Part shown: positions 24,741 to 34,833 of the stretch, piece after piece
Layout: each line of letters opens with the position of its first letter
Numbering within the stretch: the stretch's first letter is position 1
From: an uncultured bacterium
Lineage (GTDB): Bacteria; Desulfobacterota; Deferrimicrobia; J040
Direction of reading: 5' to 3'
DNA: 64,000 nucleotides
NCBI GenBank assembly: GCA_964429585.1
Contig: CAYSCN010000001.1
Location: 49,809 to 113,808 of the forward strand
Program-made: the position numbers and the translations under genes
The notes under the pieces: generated by a model
What the model was told of the DNA's origin: nothing
The model's input: the letters and a program-made list of their open reading frames with translations, nothing else
The model's database searches: none

Positions 24741-25391
24741 GTGTCCGAAAAAAGGAGAAAGAGCAGTAGAGATAGAATACTCGCTGTCGCGGAGAGGCTC
24801 TTTGCCGAGAGAGGGTACAGGATGGTGAGCGTGAGAGACATCACGAAAGCGGCTGGCTGCAACGTGGCGGCTGTCAACTATTACTTCGGAAGCAAAGAAA
24901 ATCTTTACCTGGAGGTGATTAAAACCAGGATAGTTCCGAGAGCTCGCAAGATAAGGGAGCATTTCGTTTCGATGCTCTCAGGCAGAAGCGATCCCGGACC
25001 GCACGAGGTGGTGAGGGCGCTTTGTCTCGCCTTTTTCAAGAGTCCCATCCCGGAGAAAGAGAGGAGGGTCCATCAGCATTTCATGGCGAGGGAAATGTCT
25101 CATCCCACGATGGGATTCCACATAATCGCCGAAGAGGTGGTAAAACCGATGCACACTCTGCTCGTCGACTACCTCGAACCCCATTTTCCGGAAGGCACCA
25201 AAAGGAGCGAGATTGTGCTGTTTGCGCTTTCTGTCTTCGCGCAGGTGGCCCATTTCAATTATGCGAGGCATATGGTCTCGGCTCTGACGGACAGGGAATT
25301 CGACGAATCTTTCGTAGAGACTCTCGTGGAACACGTGACCCGGTTTTCCACGGCGGCTATTCCCGGGTCTGGGAGAGAAAACGGTGATTGA
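24741..25391 (+). CDS. TetR/AcrR-family regulator (CecR-like C-terminal domain)
   Basis: RILAVAERLFAERGY..VSVRDITKAAGCNVAAVNYYFGSKENLY. Confidence 0.9.
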   Translation: MSEKRRKSSRDRILAVAERLFAERGYRMVSVRDITKAAGCNVAAVNYYFGSKENLYLEVIKTRIVPRARKIREHFVSMLSGRSDPGPHEVVRALCLAFFKSPIPEKERRVHQHFMAREMSHPTMGFHIIAEEVVKPMHTLLVDYLEPHFPEGTKRSEIVLFALSVFAQVAHFNYARHMVSALTDREFDESFVETLVEHVTRFSTAAIPGSGRENGD

Positions 25392-26796
25392 GAGAATCAG
25401 GTTGTTGGCGCTGCTTTCGCTGATTTTTCTGGTTTCCTGTGCTCCGAGGGTGAAATTGCCAGAGCCCTCTGATATCGGGATTGCAGTTCCAGAGAAATTT
25501 GAGAGCGACAGGTCCGCCTTGTCCGGTGTGTCTTTTGACGATGCGTGGTGGAAGGATTTCGGCTTGCCGGAAATAGATGATCTCGCCTCGAAAGTGATGG
25601 AAGGAAACTTTGACGTGAAAGAGGCCGAAGCGAAGGTGGAGGAGATGAAGGTTCTTCTGGGTGTGGCATCGGCTGAGTGGTACCCGGAATTGAACCTTGA
25701 AGGAAAAGGTTCGAGAAGCAAAATCGTTTACAGAGGGTTAGGTGGGGGGGATATATCGGCGATAATCGAGAATTACGAAGTGGATCTCGTGCCTTCTTAC
25801 GAGCTCGATCTTTGGGGGAGGAAGAAAAACACTGTGAGAGCATCATTATACGAGTATCTCTCCGCTGTCGAGAAGAAGCGGGCGGCTGTACACAGCGTCC
25901 TTTCAGATGCGATCAACCTCGCTTTCGAAGAGGCGTTCCTGGAGCAACAACTCGAGCTGTCTCGTAAGAGGGTTGAGACTGCAAAAGCCCTCGTCGATGC
26001 GGTTGAGAGGAGATACAGGGCCGGTATGAGCACTCTGAATGACGTGCTCGGGGCGAGACGTTCTCTTCACGCAGCAAGCGCGGTCATACCCGACCTGGAG
26101 AGGAGCCTGGACGAGGCGAGGCGAAAGTTATCTGCGCTTGTGGGAGAATACCCTTCCGGAAAAAAACGTGGATTTGCGGGAGTTGTGAATGTCGAAGATC
26201 TTCCTGTGATTCCGCCGGGTCTGCCTTCCGATCTGCTTCGGAGAAGACCCGACATCAGGGCCGCGGAATCGGCCATGAGAGCTCAGTATGAAAGAGTGTT
26301 TCAGGCCTGGAAAAACAGGTTTCCGAGGATCACTCTCACTGGTTCTCTCGGCTACTCGAGCGATGAGCTTAGGGAGCTTTTCTCGAGGGGGAACGAGATC
26401 TGGAATCTTGCCCTTGGTATTGCATCTCCTGTTTTCGACGGAGGGAGGTTGAAGGGACTTCAGAAGGCAGAGGAGGCGCGTTTCAGGGAGTTCATCGCTC
26501 TTTACGCCAAAACGGTCCTTCAGGCGTTCTATGAGGTGGAGGTGGGCTTGACGGGCGAGAGGGAGCTCGTGAGGAAAAGGAGATTGCTGGCACGTGAGGT
26601 TGAGGAGGCGAAACGGATTCTCGATCTAGTTGAAGACAGGTACAAAAGAGGGCTTTCGGAATTCACGGAGATTTTGACCGCCAGAAACGAATATTACGGT
26701 GCGAAACAGGAGCTTTTGAAGGTGGACCTTGCGATATTGAAAAACAGGGTTTTCATCTACCGGGCACTCGGCGGTGTCAGGTTCGGAAGAAAGTAG
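25384..26796 (+). CDS. TolC/NodT-family outer-membrane efflux lipoprotein
   Basis: Lipobox LVSC, WWKDF, YELDLWG, LLRRRPDIRAAE. Confidence 0.88.
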   Translation: MIERIRLLALLSLIFLVSCAPRVKLPEPSDIGIAVPEKFESDRSALSGVSFDDAWWKDFGLPEIDDLASKVMEGNFDVKEAEAKVEEMKVLLGVASAEWYPELNLEGKGSRSKIVYRGLGGGDISAIIENYEVDLVPSYELDLWGRKKNTVRASLYEYLSAVEKKRAAVHSVLSDAINLAFEEAFLEQQLELSRKRVETAKALVDAVERRYRAGMSTLNDVLGARRSLHAASAVIPDLERSLDEARRKLSALVGEYPSGKKRGFAGVVNVEDLPVIPPGLPSDLLRRRPDIRAAESAMRAQYERVFQAWKNRFPRITLTGSLGYSSDELRELFSRGNEIWNLALGIASPVFDGGRLKGLQKAEEARFREFIALYAKTVLQAFYEVEVGLTGERELVRKRRLLAREVEEAKRILDLVEDRYKRGLSEFTEILTARNEYYGAKQELLKVDLAILKNRVFIYRALGGVRFGRK

Positions 26797-26819
26797 AATT
26801 TTCGAATGGGAGAGCTGAG

Positions 26820-27998
26820 ATGGGAATAAAGGGAAGGCTTCTGCCGCAGGTTGTGGCGGGATTGGTGATAATTTTGATTGGGGTGGCGGGTACCGTTGCT
26901 CTCGTCAGGTCGAAGCCCAAGGTGAAAAAGGTCAGAAGCGAGGTGAAGCCCCCCCTGGTGACCGTGATAAAGGTCGATCCGTCTTCCATTCCGGTTTGGG
27001 TCAGAGGGGAGGGAACTGTCAGGCCTCTCCACGAGGCGGAAATATCATCTCAGGTCTCGGGCAGGGTCGTGGAGGTTTCCCCCTTTTTCGTCAAAGGGGG
27101 GAGAGTGAAGAAGGGAGAAGTGCTCCTGTCCGTCGAACGAAAAGATTACGAAGTTGCCGTCGCGCTGGCCGAAGCGAAGCTTCGCCAGGCAGAAGCACGG
27201 CTTCAGGAACTGCTCGAAGAGTCCCGCATCTCGAGGGAAGAATGGGAGAGGTACTTTTCTCCGGACGAGAATCCTCCATCTCTGCTGGTGAAGGAACCTC
27301 AGATAAAGGCTGCCAGGGCTGAGCTCGACGCGGCAAGGGCTCAGCTCGAAAAGGCGAAACTCGATCTGGATAGAACGAGGGTCAGGGCGCCGTTCGATGG
27401 AGTGGTGGTGGAGAAGAAGGCCGATCTGGGCGATTTCCTAACACCAGGGAAAACGGTTGGGAGGGTTTATGCGGCTTCCGCGGCGGAGATCGAAGTCTAT
27501 CTGAGCGAGTCCGAGATCGATCTCATATCCGTTCCAGGTTTCAACACTCGGGAACGGAGCGGTTCTCAGGCCAGGGTGATTTTGTCGGCCGGAGAGCGGG
27601 AGGTCGTCTGGGGCGGAACTGTTGTGAGGACTTCCGGACAGGTGGACGAGAAAACCCGGATGATTCCAATCGTCGTCAGGGTGAGCGACCCGTTCAGCAA
27701 GACTCCTCCTCTCATGTCCGGTGCCTTCGTTCGTGTGGAAATACTTGGAAAGAAGCTCGATAAAGGCGTGGTGCTTCCCGACTACGCGATCAGGTGGGGG
27801 GAAGGCGGCGAAACCCTTCTCTGGGTCGTGGATGGGAACAATCGTCTCCGTTTCAGAAAGGTCGAAGTCGCCCTTTTCGATGAGGGAAAGGTTTTCATCG
27901 AGCGGGGGCTTGAAGCGGGTGACCTCGTCATCACTACCCCTCTCAGGGCCGTGACCGATGGCATGCCGGTCAGAGTGAAGCTGGAGGACGCCAGATGA
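26820..27998 (+). CDS. RND periplasmic adaptor (membrane fusion protein)
   Basis: N-terminal TM, SSQVSGRV, RAPFDGVV. Confidence 0.9.
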   Translation: MGIKGRLLPQVVAGLVIILIGVAGTVALVRSKPKVKKVRSEVKPPLVTVIKVDPSSIPVWVRGEGTVRPLHEAEISSQVSGRVVEVSPFFVKGGRVKKGEVLLSVERKDYEVAVALAEAKLRQAEARLQELLEESRISREEWERYFSPDENPPSLLVKEPQIKAARAELDAARAQLEKAKLDLDRTRVRAPFDGVVVEKKADLGDFLTPGKTVGRVYAASAAEIEVYLSESEIDLISVPGFNTRERSGSQARVILSAGEREVVWGGTVVRTSGQVDEKTRMIPIVVRVSDPFSKTPPLMSGAFVRVEILGKKLDKGVVLPDYAIRWGEGGETLLWVVDGNNRLRFRKVEVALFDEGKVFIERGLEAGDLVITTPLRAVTDGMPVRVKLEDAR

Positions 27999-30900
27999 AA
28001 AAGTGGATAGAGTGGTTCGCCGACAATCACGTGGCGTCCAATCTTCTCATGGCGTTTCTCCTCGTCGCGGGTGTCGTGATGATAATCACGGCCAAAGTCG
28101 AGGTGTTTCCCGAAACATCTCCCAACTTCATAACCATAAAGGTGGTGTATCCAGGGGCCTCTCCTTCTGAGGTGGAGGAGTCGGTGACAAGGCGCATCGA
28201 GGAGAGGATTGCCGGGGTGAGCGGGATAAAGAAGATAGAGTCTTACTCTTCGGAAGGTCTTTCTCTAATAGTAGTCGAGGTGCTCGACGGGTGGGACGTG
28301 AAGGACGTGCTGGATGACATCGACTCGGAGGTCTCTCGAATCACTTCTCTGCCCGAAGAGTCGGAGAGACCAATCGTCTCTCGAGTCGTGCTGAAGAGAC
28401 AGGTCATAAATGTCGTAGTATACGGCGATGTTCCCGAGCTCACTCTCAGAGAGGTGGCGAAAAATATCAAGGACAGGCTCACGCTGATTCAGGGAATAAC
28501 CGAGGCTGAATTGAAGGCGCTGAGGGAGCCGGAGGTTCACGTAGAGGTGTCAGAGGAGACGCTCAGAAAGTATGGTCTTTCGCTGGAGGAAATAGCGGCG
28601 ATCATAAGGAGTGAGAGCCTGGATCTTCCGGCGGGTAGCATAAAGACCAGAGGGAACGAGATACTCGTCAGGACTCTGGGGAAGAAATATTACGCCAGAG
28701 ATTTCATGAAGATCCCTGTGATCGTGGGACCTGGCGGATCCAAGCTCACGCTCGGGGAAATAGCGAAGGTTTCGGACGGCGTGGAAGAGGTGGATCTCTT
28801 TGCCAGATACAGGGGAAAGAGAGCCGCGATAATTCAGGTGTTCAGAGTGGGAGACCAGAACGCTCTCACGGTTTCCAGAAAGGTCAGGGAGTTCGTCAAG
28901 GAGATCGCCCCCACTCTTCCCGATGGGATATACGTGGACACGTTCCAGGACAGGTCCGAGGTTTTGAGGAGCAGGATAAGGCTTCTACTCAAGAACATGG
29001 CTTACGGAATGGTGCTCGTGATCACGGTCCTTGGACTTTTCACGAACCTGAAGCTAGCCTTCTGGATTGCGCTGGGGATACCGATTTCTTTCTCCTTCTG
29101 TTTCTGGCTTCTGCCCCAGTTCGACGTTTCCATAAACATGATCTCCCTTTTCGCATTCGTGATGGTCCTTGGAATGGTTGTGGACGACGCGATAGTGATA
29201 GGGGAGAACGTCTTCAGGAAGCGAGAAGAAGGTTTACCACCGCTTAAGGCTTCCGTAGAGGGGACCTTCGAGGTTGGTAGAGCGGTCATTTTCTCGGTGT
29301 TGACCACCATGGCGGCGTTCTGGCCTCTTTTGCTGGGAACCGGCGTGATGGGGAAGTTCATAAGGAACATCCCCATAGTCGTCATACTGGTGCTGGCAGG
29401 GTCTCTGACGGAGTCGCTCTTCGTGCTTCCATCTCATCTGGCGATCACCCGTTTCAGAAAAGAGGATCGAAAGGAGAACCATTCCAGGAAGTGGCTGAGA
29501 AAGTTCATAGAGGGACCCTATTCGGGATTTCTCTCACTTTCTCTCAAATACAGGTACGTAACGGTTTCGATTGCTGTGGTGCTGCTTCTTTTCATGCTGG
29601 GTCTCTGGTTTGGGGGAAGGTTGTCCCTGGTGTTTCTCCCTCGTGTTGAGAGCGACAACATGATAGCTGAGGTGACGATGCCGGCTGGGACTCCGGCGTC
29701 GAGAACGGTGGAGGTCGTGGAACGGCTCGAAAAGACCGCGGAAGAGGTTGTGAAAGAGGCAGAGAAAAACAGGAAGAATGATGGTGAGCCTCTGCTTAGG
29801 TCGATCATATCGATGGTGGGCGTGAAACTCAGAATCAGCGGGCACGAGGAAGGCGTTTCCGGGATAGGTGGAAACCTCGGCCAGGTCGTTGTCCAGTTGA
29901 TAGGGGCTGAAAAGAGAGAGGACATAAGCACCAAGGACTTGGTGAAGAGATGGCGGCAGAAGATGGGCGAGGTGCCCGGAGCGGAGTCACTCACATATCA
30001 GAGCGAGCTTTTCAGTGCCGGGAGTCCCATTCAGGTGAACCTGTTCTCCGACGACGACGAGAAGCTTGCAAGGGCGGTGGAGGAGCTGAAGAAGATCCTG
30101 AGAGGATACAGGGGTGTGTTCGACATTGCCGATAGCTCCATTCCAGGCAAAGATGAGCTGAGAGTCAGGCTCAACGAGGAGGCGGAATCCCTGGGAGTCA
30201 CTCTCGACGACGTGGCGAGGGCACTCAGGCACGCTTATTACGGCGCTGAGGCGATGAGGTTTCAGAGAGGCGAAGACGAAGTCAAGGTTCTCGTCCGCTA
30301 TCCGGAGAAAGAGAGGAAGAGTCTCTCCTCCATAGCTTCGATGAGGATACGCTTGAGAGACGGGAGGATGGTTCCCCTTTCGCAGGTGGCCGAGATAACC
30401 CACAAACAGGGATATGTTTCTCTCAGGAGGTATCAGAGGGGAAGGGTCATCTCGGTGACCGCAGACGTGGACGAGACGGTTACCAATGCCTCCAAGATAA
30501 GGAGGGAATTGAAGGAGAAGGTTCTGCCGGCGCTGGTGGAGAAGTACGGGAACGTTTCGTTCTCCTTCGAGGGAGAGGGGAAGGAAGAAGAGGAGGCTTT
30601 CACCGACATATTTCAGGGATTCGCCCTGGCGCTGTTTCTGATATACACGCTGCTCGCCATTCCACTTCGGTCTTTCTCGCAACCTCTGATCATAATGACG
30701 GCGATACCATTTGGGATTGTTGGTGCTTTCCTGGGTCATATAATCCTGGGACTCAACCTGAGCATACTTAGTATGTTCGGAATAGTGGGGCTCGCCGGCG
30801 TGGTCGTGAACGATTCACTCGTCCTCGTCGACGCGATAAACAGGTTGAGAAAGGCTGGAGTCGGCCTTAGAGAGGCTGTGATGAAGGGGGGCAAGCTAAG

Positions 30901-31114
30901 ATTCAGACCCATTATCTTGACGACTGTCACGACGTTTGCTGGACTTGCTCCGATGATGGCCGAGAGATCGCTTCAGGCGAGATTTTTGATTCCCATGGCG
31001 GTGAGTCTGGCTTTCGGGGTTCTGTTTTCCACCCTTATAACCCTCGTTCTCGTTCCCTGCGGGTATCTGATTCTAGAGGATGTGAAGGGGATTTTTTCGA
31101 GGAAGGATACCTGA
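27995..31114 (+). CDS. RND efflux permease (AcrB/AcrD/AcrF family)
   Basis: 1039 aa, GMVVDDAIVIGE, RFRPIILT. Confidence 0.93.
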   Translation: MKKWIEWFADNHVASNLLMAFLLVAGVVMIITAKVEVFPETSPNFITIKVVYPGASPSEVEESVTRRIEERIAGVSGIKKIESYSSEGLSLIVVEVLDGWDVKDVLDDIDSEVSRITSLPEESERPIVSRVVLKRQVINVVVYGDVPELTLREVAKNIKDRLTLIQGITEAELKALREPEVHVEVSEETLRKYGLSLEEIAAIIRSESLDLPAGSIKTRGNEILVRTLGKKYYARDFMKIPVIVGPGGSKLTLGEIAKVSDGVEEVDLFARYRGKRAAIIQVFRVGDQNALTVSRKVREFVKEIAPTLPDGIYVDTFQDRSEVLRSRIRLLLKNMAYGMVLVITVLGLFTNLKLAFWIALGIPISFSFCFWLLPQFDVSINMISLFAFVMVLGMVVDDAIVIGENVFRKREEGLPPLKASVEGTFEVGRAVIFSVLTTMAAFWPLLLGTGVMGKFIRNIPIVVILVLAGSLTESLFVLPSHLAITRFRKEDRKENHSRKWLRKFIEGPYSGFLSLSLKYRYVTVSIAVVLLLFMLGLWFGGRLSLVFLPRVESDNMIAEVTMPAGTPASRTVEVVERLEKTAEEVVKEAEKNRKNDGEPLLRSIISMVGVKLRISGHEEGVSGIGGNLGQVVVQLIGAEKREDISTKDLVKRWRQKMGEVPGAESLTYQSELFSAGSPIQVNLFSDDDEKLARAVEELKKILRGYRGVFDIADSSIPGKDELRVRLNEEAESLGVTLDDVARALRHAYYGAEAMRFQRGEDEVKVLVRYPEKERKSLSSIASMRIRLRDGRMVPLSQVAEITHKQGYVSLRRYQRGRVISVTADVDETVTNASKIRRELKEKVLPALVEKYGNVSFSFEGEGKEEEEAFTDIFQGFALALFLIYTLLAIPLRSFSQPLIIMTAIPFGIVGAFLGHIILGLNLSILSMFGIVGLAGVVVNDSLVLVDAINRLRKAGVGLREAVMKGGKLRFRPIILTTVTTFAGLAPMMAERSLQARFLIPMAVSLAFGVLFSTLITLVLVPCGYLILEDVKGIFSRKDT

Positions 31115-31115
31115 T

Positions 31116-31243
31116 CACGAACCACCGAACCACCGAACCGCCGAGGCTCCGAACATCTGGTCCGTAATTATCGTGGTTGTGTGGTTGTGTGGTTGGGTAT
31201 TTATCTCAGATACGCAACTACGGTAATTACGTAACCACGAACC
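31116..31243. repeat. Octamer-periodic repeat/palindrome cluster
   Basis: (c)accgaac tandem units; gtggttgt units opposed by cgcaacta/gtaaccac; same family as 46357-46727. Confidence 0.6.
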
Positions 31244-31386
31244 AGTTGTTTTAAGTGGAGAAGAGGGGGTTTCAGGGGGAGAATCCCCCTGAAGTGAAGC
31301 TGGTGGTTATAAGCAATGCCCGGGGAATGAGAAGGTTTTTTTGGAGGATAAAAACAGGCTCTGACGTTCTGCAGGTAGAAGAGCCT

Positions 31387-31411
31387 GTAGGGGCGGGATT
31401 TATTCCCGCCC
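31387..31411 (+). repeat. REP-like element (GTAG plus hairpin)
   Basis: GTAG-GGGCGGG-atttatt-CCCGCCC. Confidence 0.65.
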
Positions 31412-31538
31412 GGTTTACGATTCAACGTGTTAGTCGGCAGTCGAAATCCGGTAGTCGATAGTCGGAGAAGGAAAAAACGGAAGTCGTGAGAAAATCGGCC
31501 CGGTGATGATATGATTTTCTCATTCCCGAATACGTGAG

Positions 31539-32462
31539 GTGGAAGCCTTGAACGTGGTGATCCTCGGAGGAGCGAGTTATTTCTGCAGGCAGGTTCTTGG
31601 ACGTATCGTGGACGCCCTTCCCTCGAACTGCCGGTACGTTCTCGCCGATTATGAGTATCGCACTGTCAGAAAGATGGCGAAGAAGCTGGGAGAGAGATTT
31701 CAGGGCAGGATGGTCGATGTCACCGACCAGGTTGCGATGGGCGAGCTCCTGGATGACGCAGATATTGTTCTTTCATTCGTGGGCCCCTGGTACCGTTTCG
31801 GGGAGTTCGTTGTCCGTTCATGTCTGGATGCGGGCGTCCCGCTTGTGGCTGCCAATCCCCGTTCGACCCTGGAACCCTGGAGTGAACGTGGAAAGGGAGA
31901 TCCGCCGATCATTCTGGGTGCCGCTTTCTTTCCTGCGGGTTTCAAGCTGGCTGCTATGTTCCTCGCTGATAGGGGAGTTTCACTCGAAGAATTGAAGGGG
32001 GTCGTGAGCGTCGATTTCGGTTCATATGGTGGATTGGGTGGGCTGCGGGAATTCCACAGGTTTCTCGCCGTCGAAAAAGGCAGAATTCGTAAGGGCGATG
32101 TGACTCCCGTAGACGTGGAGGTTCTTCCCTCGGGGGTCCTGCAGAAGCTGGCTCGTTCTGGAATCTTTGGGAGGTCCGGGATTAAGGGGGAGTTCCTCTC
32201 TGCTCTGCAAGAGATGAGGAGGAGATCTGTTGGTCTTCCCGAACCAGGATCGGTGACGATTTCCTTCGTTGCTGGAGAAAACGAGGAGCTTCGTCTTTAC
32301 TGGGATCAGGTGAGGGACATATCCGCTTGCCTGATGGCAACTGCAGCTCGCTTTATAATAGAAGGAAAGAATCTGGGGGGAATCGAAGAACTGGTATCTC
32401 TGGAGGAAGTCAGAGTCCCTGTATTCGAGATAATAAAAGGATGTGAGATGAGTAAAAAATAG
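31539..32462 (+). CDS. Saccharopine dehydrogenase-like NAD(P)-binding protein
   Basis: ILGGASYFCR, DVTD, SFVGPWYRFG..VVRSCLDAGVP. Confidence 0.6.
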   Translation: MEALNVVILGGASYFCRQVLGRIVDALPSNCRYVLADYEYRTVRKMAKKLGERFQGRMVDVTDQVAMGELLDDADIVLSFVGPWYRFGEFVVRSCLDAGVPLVAANPRSTLEPWSERGKGDPPIILGAAFFPAGFKLAAMFLADRGVSLEELKGVVSVDFGSYGGLGGLREFHRFLAVEKGRIRKGDVTPVDVEVLPSGVLQKLARSGIFGRSGIKGEFLSALQEMRRRSVGLPEPGSVTISFVAGENEELRLYWDQVRDISACLMATAARFIIEGKNLGGIEELVSLEEVRVPVFEIIKGCEMSKK

Positions 32463-32473
32463 GAGGTGGAACC

Positions 32474-32977
32474 ATGAGGGAGATGACGAAGGAAAACCTG
32501 AAGGCTGCTTTTGCCGGGGAGAGTCAGGCGCACATGAAGTATATGATATTCGCCGAGCGCGCCGAGAAAGAGGGTTTCAAGAACATAGCGCGTCTCTTCA
32601 CGGCCATCGCTTATGCCGAGCTTGTTCACGCCAGGAACCACCTGGAAGTTCTGGGAGGCGTGAGCGAGACGGGTGATAACCTTCAGGTTGCAATAGACGG
32701 GGAGACGTTCGAAGTGGAGGAGATGTATCCAGCTTACAGAAGCGTAGCGGAGCTTCAGAACGAGAAAGGAGCTCAGCGGTCGATACACTTCGCGGAGGAG
32801 GCAGAGAAGATCCACGCTTCTCTTTACAATGAGGCGAAGGAGTCGGTGAAGGCGGGGCGGGATATAGAGATAGGGGACATCTACATTTGCCCGGTCTGCG
32901 GTTACACGGTGATCGGAACGGCTCCAGACAGGTGCCCCGTCTGCAGCGTGACGAAAGACAGATTCAGGACTTTTTGA
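32474..32977 (+). CDS. rbr: Rubrerythrin
   Basis: AFAGESQA, ELVHA, EVEEMYP, EKIH and a C-terminal CPVC...CPVC rubredoxin domain. Confidence 0.93.
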   Translation: MREMTKENLKAAFAGESQAHMKYMIFAERAEKEGFKNIARLFTAIAYAELVHARNHLEVLGGVSETGDNLQVAIDGETFEVEEMYPAYRSVAELQNEKGAQRSIHFAEEAEKIHASLYNEAKESVKAGRDIEIGDIYICPVCGYTVIGTAPDRCPVCSVTKDRFRTF

Positions 32978-33003
32978 GGGGAGCCCTTCGACTCCCCTTT
33001 TCT

Positions 33004-33858
33004 TCAGCCAATGAAGATGGGAAGTAGAGATTCTATTCTCTCCTTCGCCGTTTCCGCTGCTTTTTCTGCGACCTCTGAGGTGAGGTTCAGACGCGCCACC
33101 GATTCGCACGATGGGCACATCTTCAGGCGAACGCCTGTGAGTCCAATATCGCACACGTAGCAGAGCGCGTTTGCGACGTGGACCAGATCGATCATCAGTT
33201 GCGTTTCCACGCCTCTGTCGGGCTGGTGGTGCCACCTGACGACTTCCACAACAGATGGCGGAAGATTCCAGTTTTCCAGGAGTATGGCACCGCTCTCCGC
33301 GTGATCGATTCCCAGCACCTGCTGTTCCGCTATGTCGATGGAGATGCGTTCCCTGAGTGCCATCCCGAGAATCGGCTCCGGGTCGATTTCGAGGCAAGAG
33401 CCGAGCACGATCTTCCCCACGTCGTGGAGCAGCCCTGCGGTGTAAGTGTGAGCGGGCTCGACAGTTCCAAGTTTTCGGGCTATTTCTTCGGAAGTGATTG
33501 CTACAGCGACGGAGTGCTTCCAGAGCATCTCAGGAGGGAGGTCGTAGGAACGGGCCTGTTTCGCTATCAGCGGGTTGAATCCGGTGGCGATGACCATTTT
33601 GAGAACGGTCTCCGTTCCGAGCCTCATGATGGCATCCTTGATTGAGACTATCTCACCGTATCTTCTGGCGTATGCCGAGTTGGCAAGTCTCAGGACCGAG
33701 GATGCGAGACTCGGTTCGTGCTCAATTATCGTCTTCAACTCGGTGATGTCCACTTCGGGCTTTGAGAGAAGAGATATCACCCGTCCCGTCACCGGGGGCA
33801 GATGAAAGGTTTTCTTTATTCGTTCGATTACCTGGTCTCTCAAGTCGGCAGGATTCAC
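33004..33858 (-). CDS. HDOD-domain signalling protein
   Basis: LPPVT..VI, EPSLASSVLRLANS, GLLHDVGK, DHAESG..WNLP..HH. Confidence 0.85.
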   Translation of the reverse strand: MNPADLRDQVIERIKKTFHLPPVTGRVISLLSKPEVDITELKTIIEHEPSLASSVLRLANSAYARRYGEIVSIKDAIMRLGTETVLKMVIATGFNPLIAKQARSYDLPPEMLWKHSVAVAITSEEIARKLGTVEPAHTYTAGLLHDVGKIVLGSCLEIDPEPILGMALRERISIDIAEQQVLGIDHAESGAILLENWNLPPSVVEVVRWHHQPDRGVETQLMIDLVHVANALCYVCDIGLTGVRLKMCPSCESVARLNLTSEVAEKAAETAKERIESLLPIFIG

Positions 33859-33948
33859 GGTTCCTCCACGAGAGAAAACGCACTTTTCTCCTATTGATAA
33901 TTATCGAAAGGTCGTGAACATTCTTGAGGATAAATGCGAACGTTTGCC

Positions 33949-34833
33949 TCAGAATCCGTGCCACAGAGCCGAGGTGAGGAGAGTTTTCCACTCTCTCTCC
34001 ACGTTTGCCTTTATGTGTTCAACTTCTTCCCGGGTGAGCGAGGAGAATCTGCCCTGTCTCGACAGGTATTCCGATACGTCTATCCCTTTCGGCTCGTGGG
34101 TGATGTGAATCTTTTCTCCGTCGAATATTTCCAGAAGCGGGAAGACCCTGGATTCCACTGCGAGGCGGGAAATCTTTATCGTATCGCTTGAGGGAAACTT
34201 CCACCCTGGAGGGCAGGGAGACAAAATGTGTATGAACGACATCCCGTCTATTTTCTTCGCTTTTTCGAATTTTTCAATGAAATCGTCGGGGAATGCGGGT
34301 GTTGCGGTTGCAACGTATGGGATTCTGTGAGCAACTGCTATCTTGACGATGTCTTTTTTAGGACGCTTTTTGAGGCGGCCCACGGGGGTTGTAGTGGTCC
34401 AGGCTCCCCAGGGGGTTGCCGAGGATCTCTGGATTCCCGTGTTCATGTAAGCTTCGTTGTCGTAACAGGCGTAGATTATTTTTTCGTTTCTCTCGGCAGC
34501 GCCCGACAGTGCCTGAAGTCCTATATCGAATGTGCCCCCATCTCCCGCGAATGCGAGGACGCTTGTGTCTTTTTTCCCGATAGCGTCCAGCCCTGCTCTT
34601 ATCCCGGTTGCCGCTGCGGCGGCAGTTTCAAAGGCCGTGTGAAACACGGGGACCCTGATGGCGGAGTGAGGGTATGGACCGCAGATTACCGAGAAGCAGG
34701 ATGCAGGTATCACGACGGCGGTGTTTTTCCCGAGCGCTCTCAAGGCGAGCCGCATGGCGATGGCCGCGCCGCATCCCTGACACGCCAGATGTCCGCCAGT
34801 GAGGAGTTCCTCTCTGGTGATTTCTGGGTTCAT
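33949..34833 (-). CDS. porB: 2-oxoacid:ferredoxin oxidoreductase beta subunit
   Basis: GHLACQGCG, GDGGTFDIG, YDNEAYMNTG TPP motif, SPCP; start moved to ATG 34833. Confidence 0.88.
   Translation of the reverse strand: MNPEITREELLTGGHLACQGCGAAIAMRLALRALGKNTAVVIPASCFSVICGPYPHSAIRVPVFHTAFETAAAAATGIRAGLDAIGKKDTSVLAFAGDGGTFDIGLQALSGAAERNEKIIYACYDNEAYMNTGIQRSSATPWGAWTTTTPVGRLKKRPKKDIVKIAVAHRIPYVATATPAFPDDFIEKFEKAKKIDGMSFIHILSPCPPGWKFPSSDTIKISRLAVESRVFPLLEIFDGEKIHITHEPKGIDVSEYLSRQGRFSSLTREEVEHIKANVEREWKTLLTSALWHGF

Noticed and set aside
31116-31243. CRISPR array
   Set aside because: Units are 7-8 nt tandem or inverted repeats without unique spacers.
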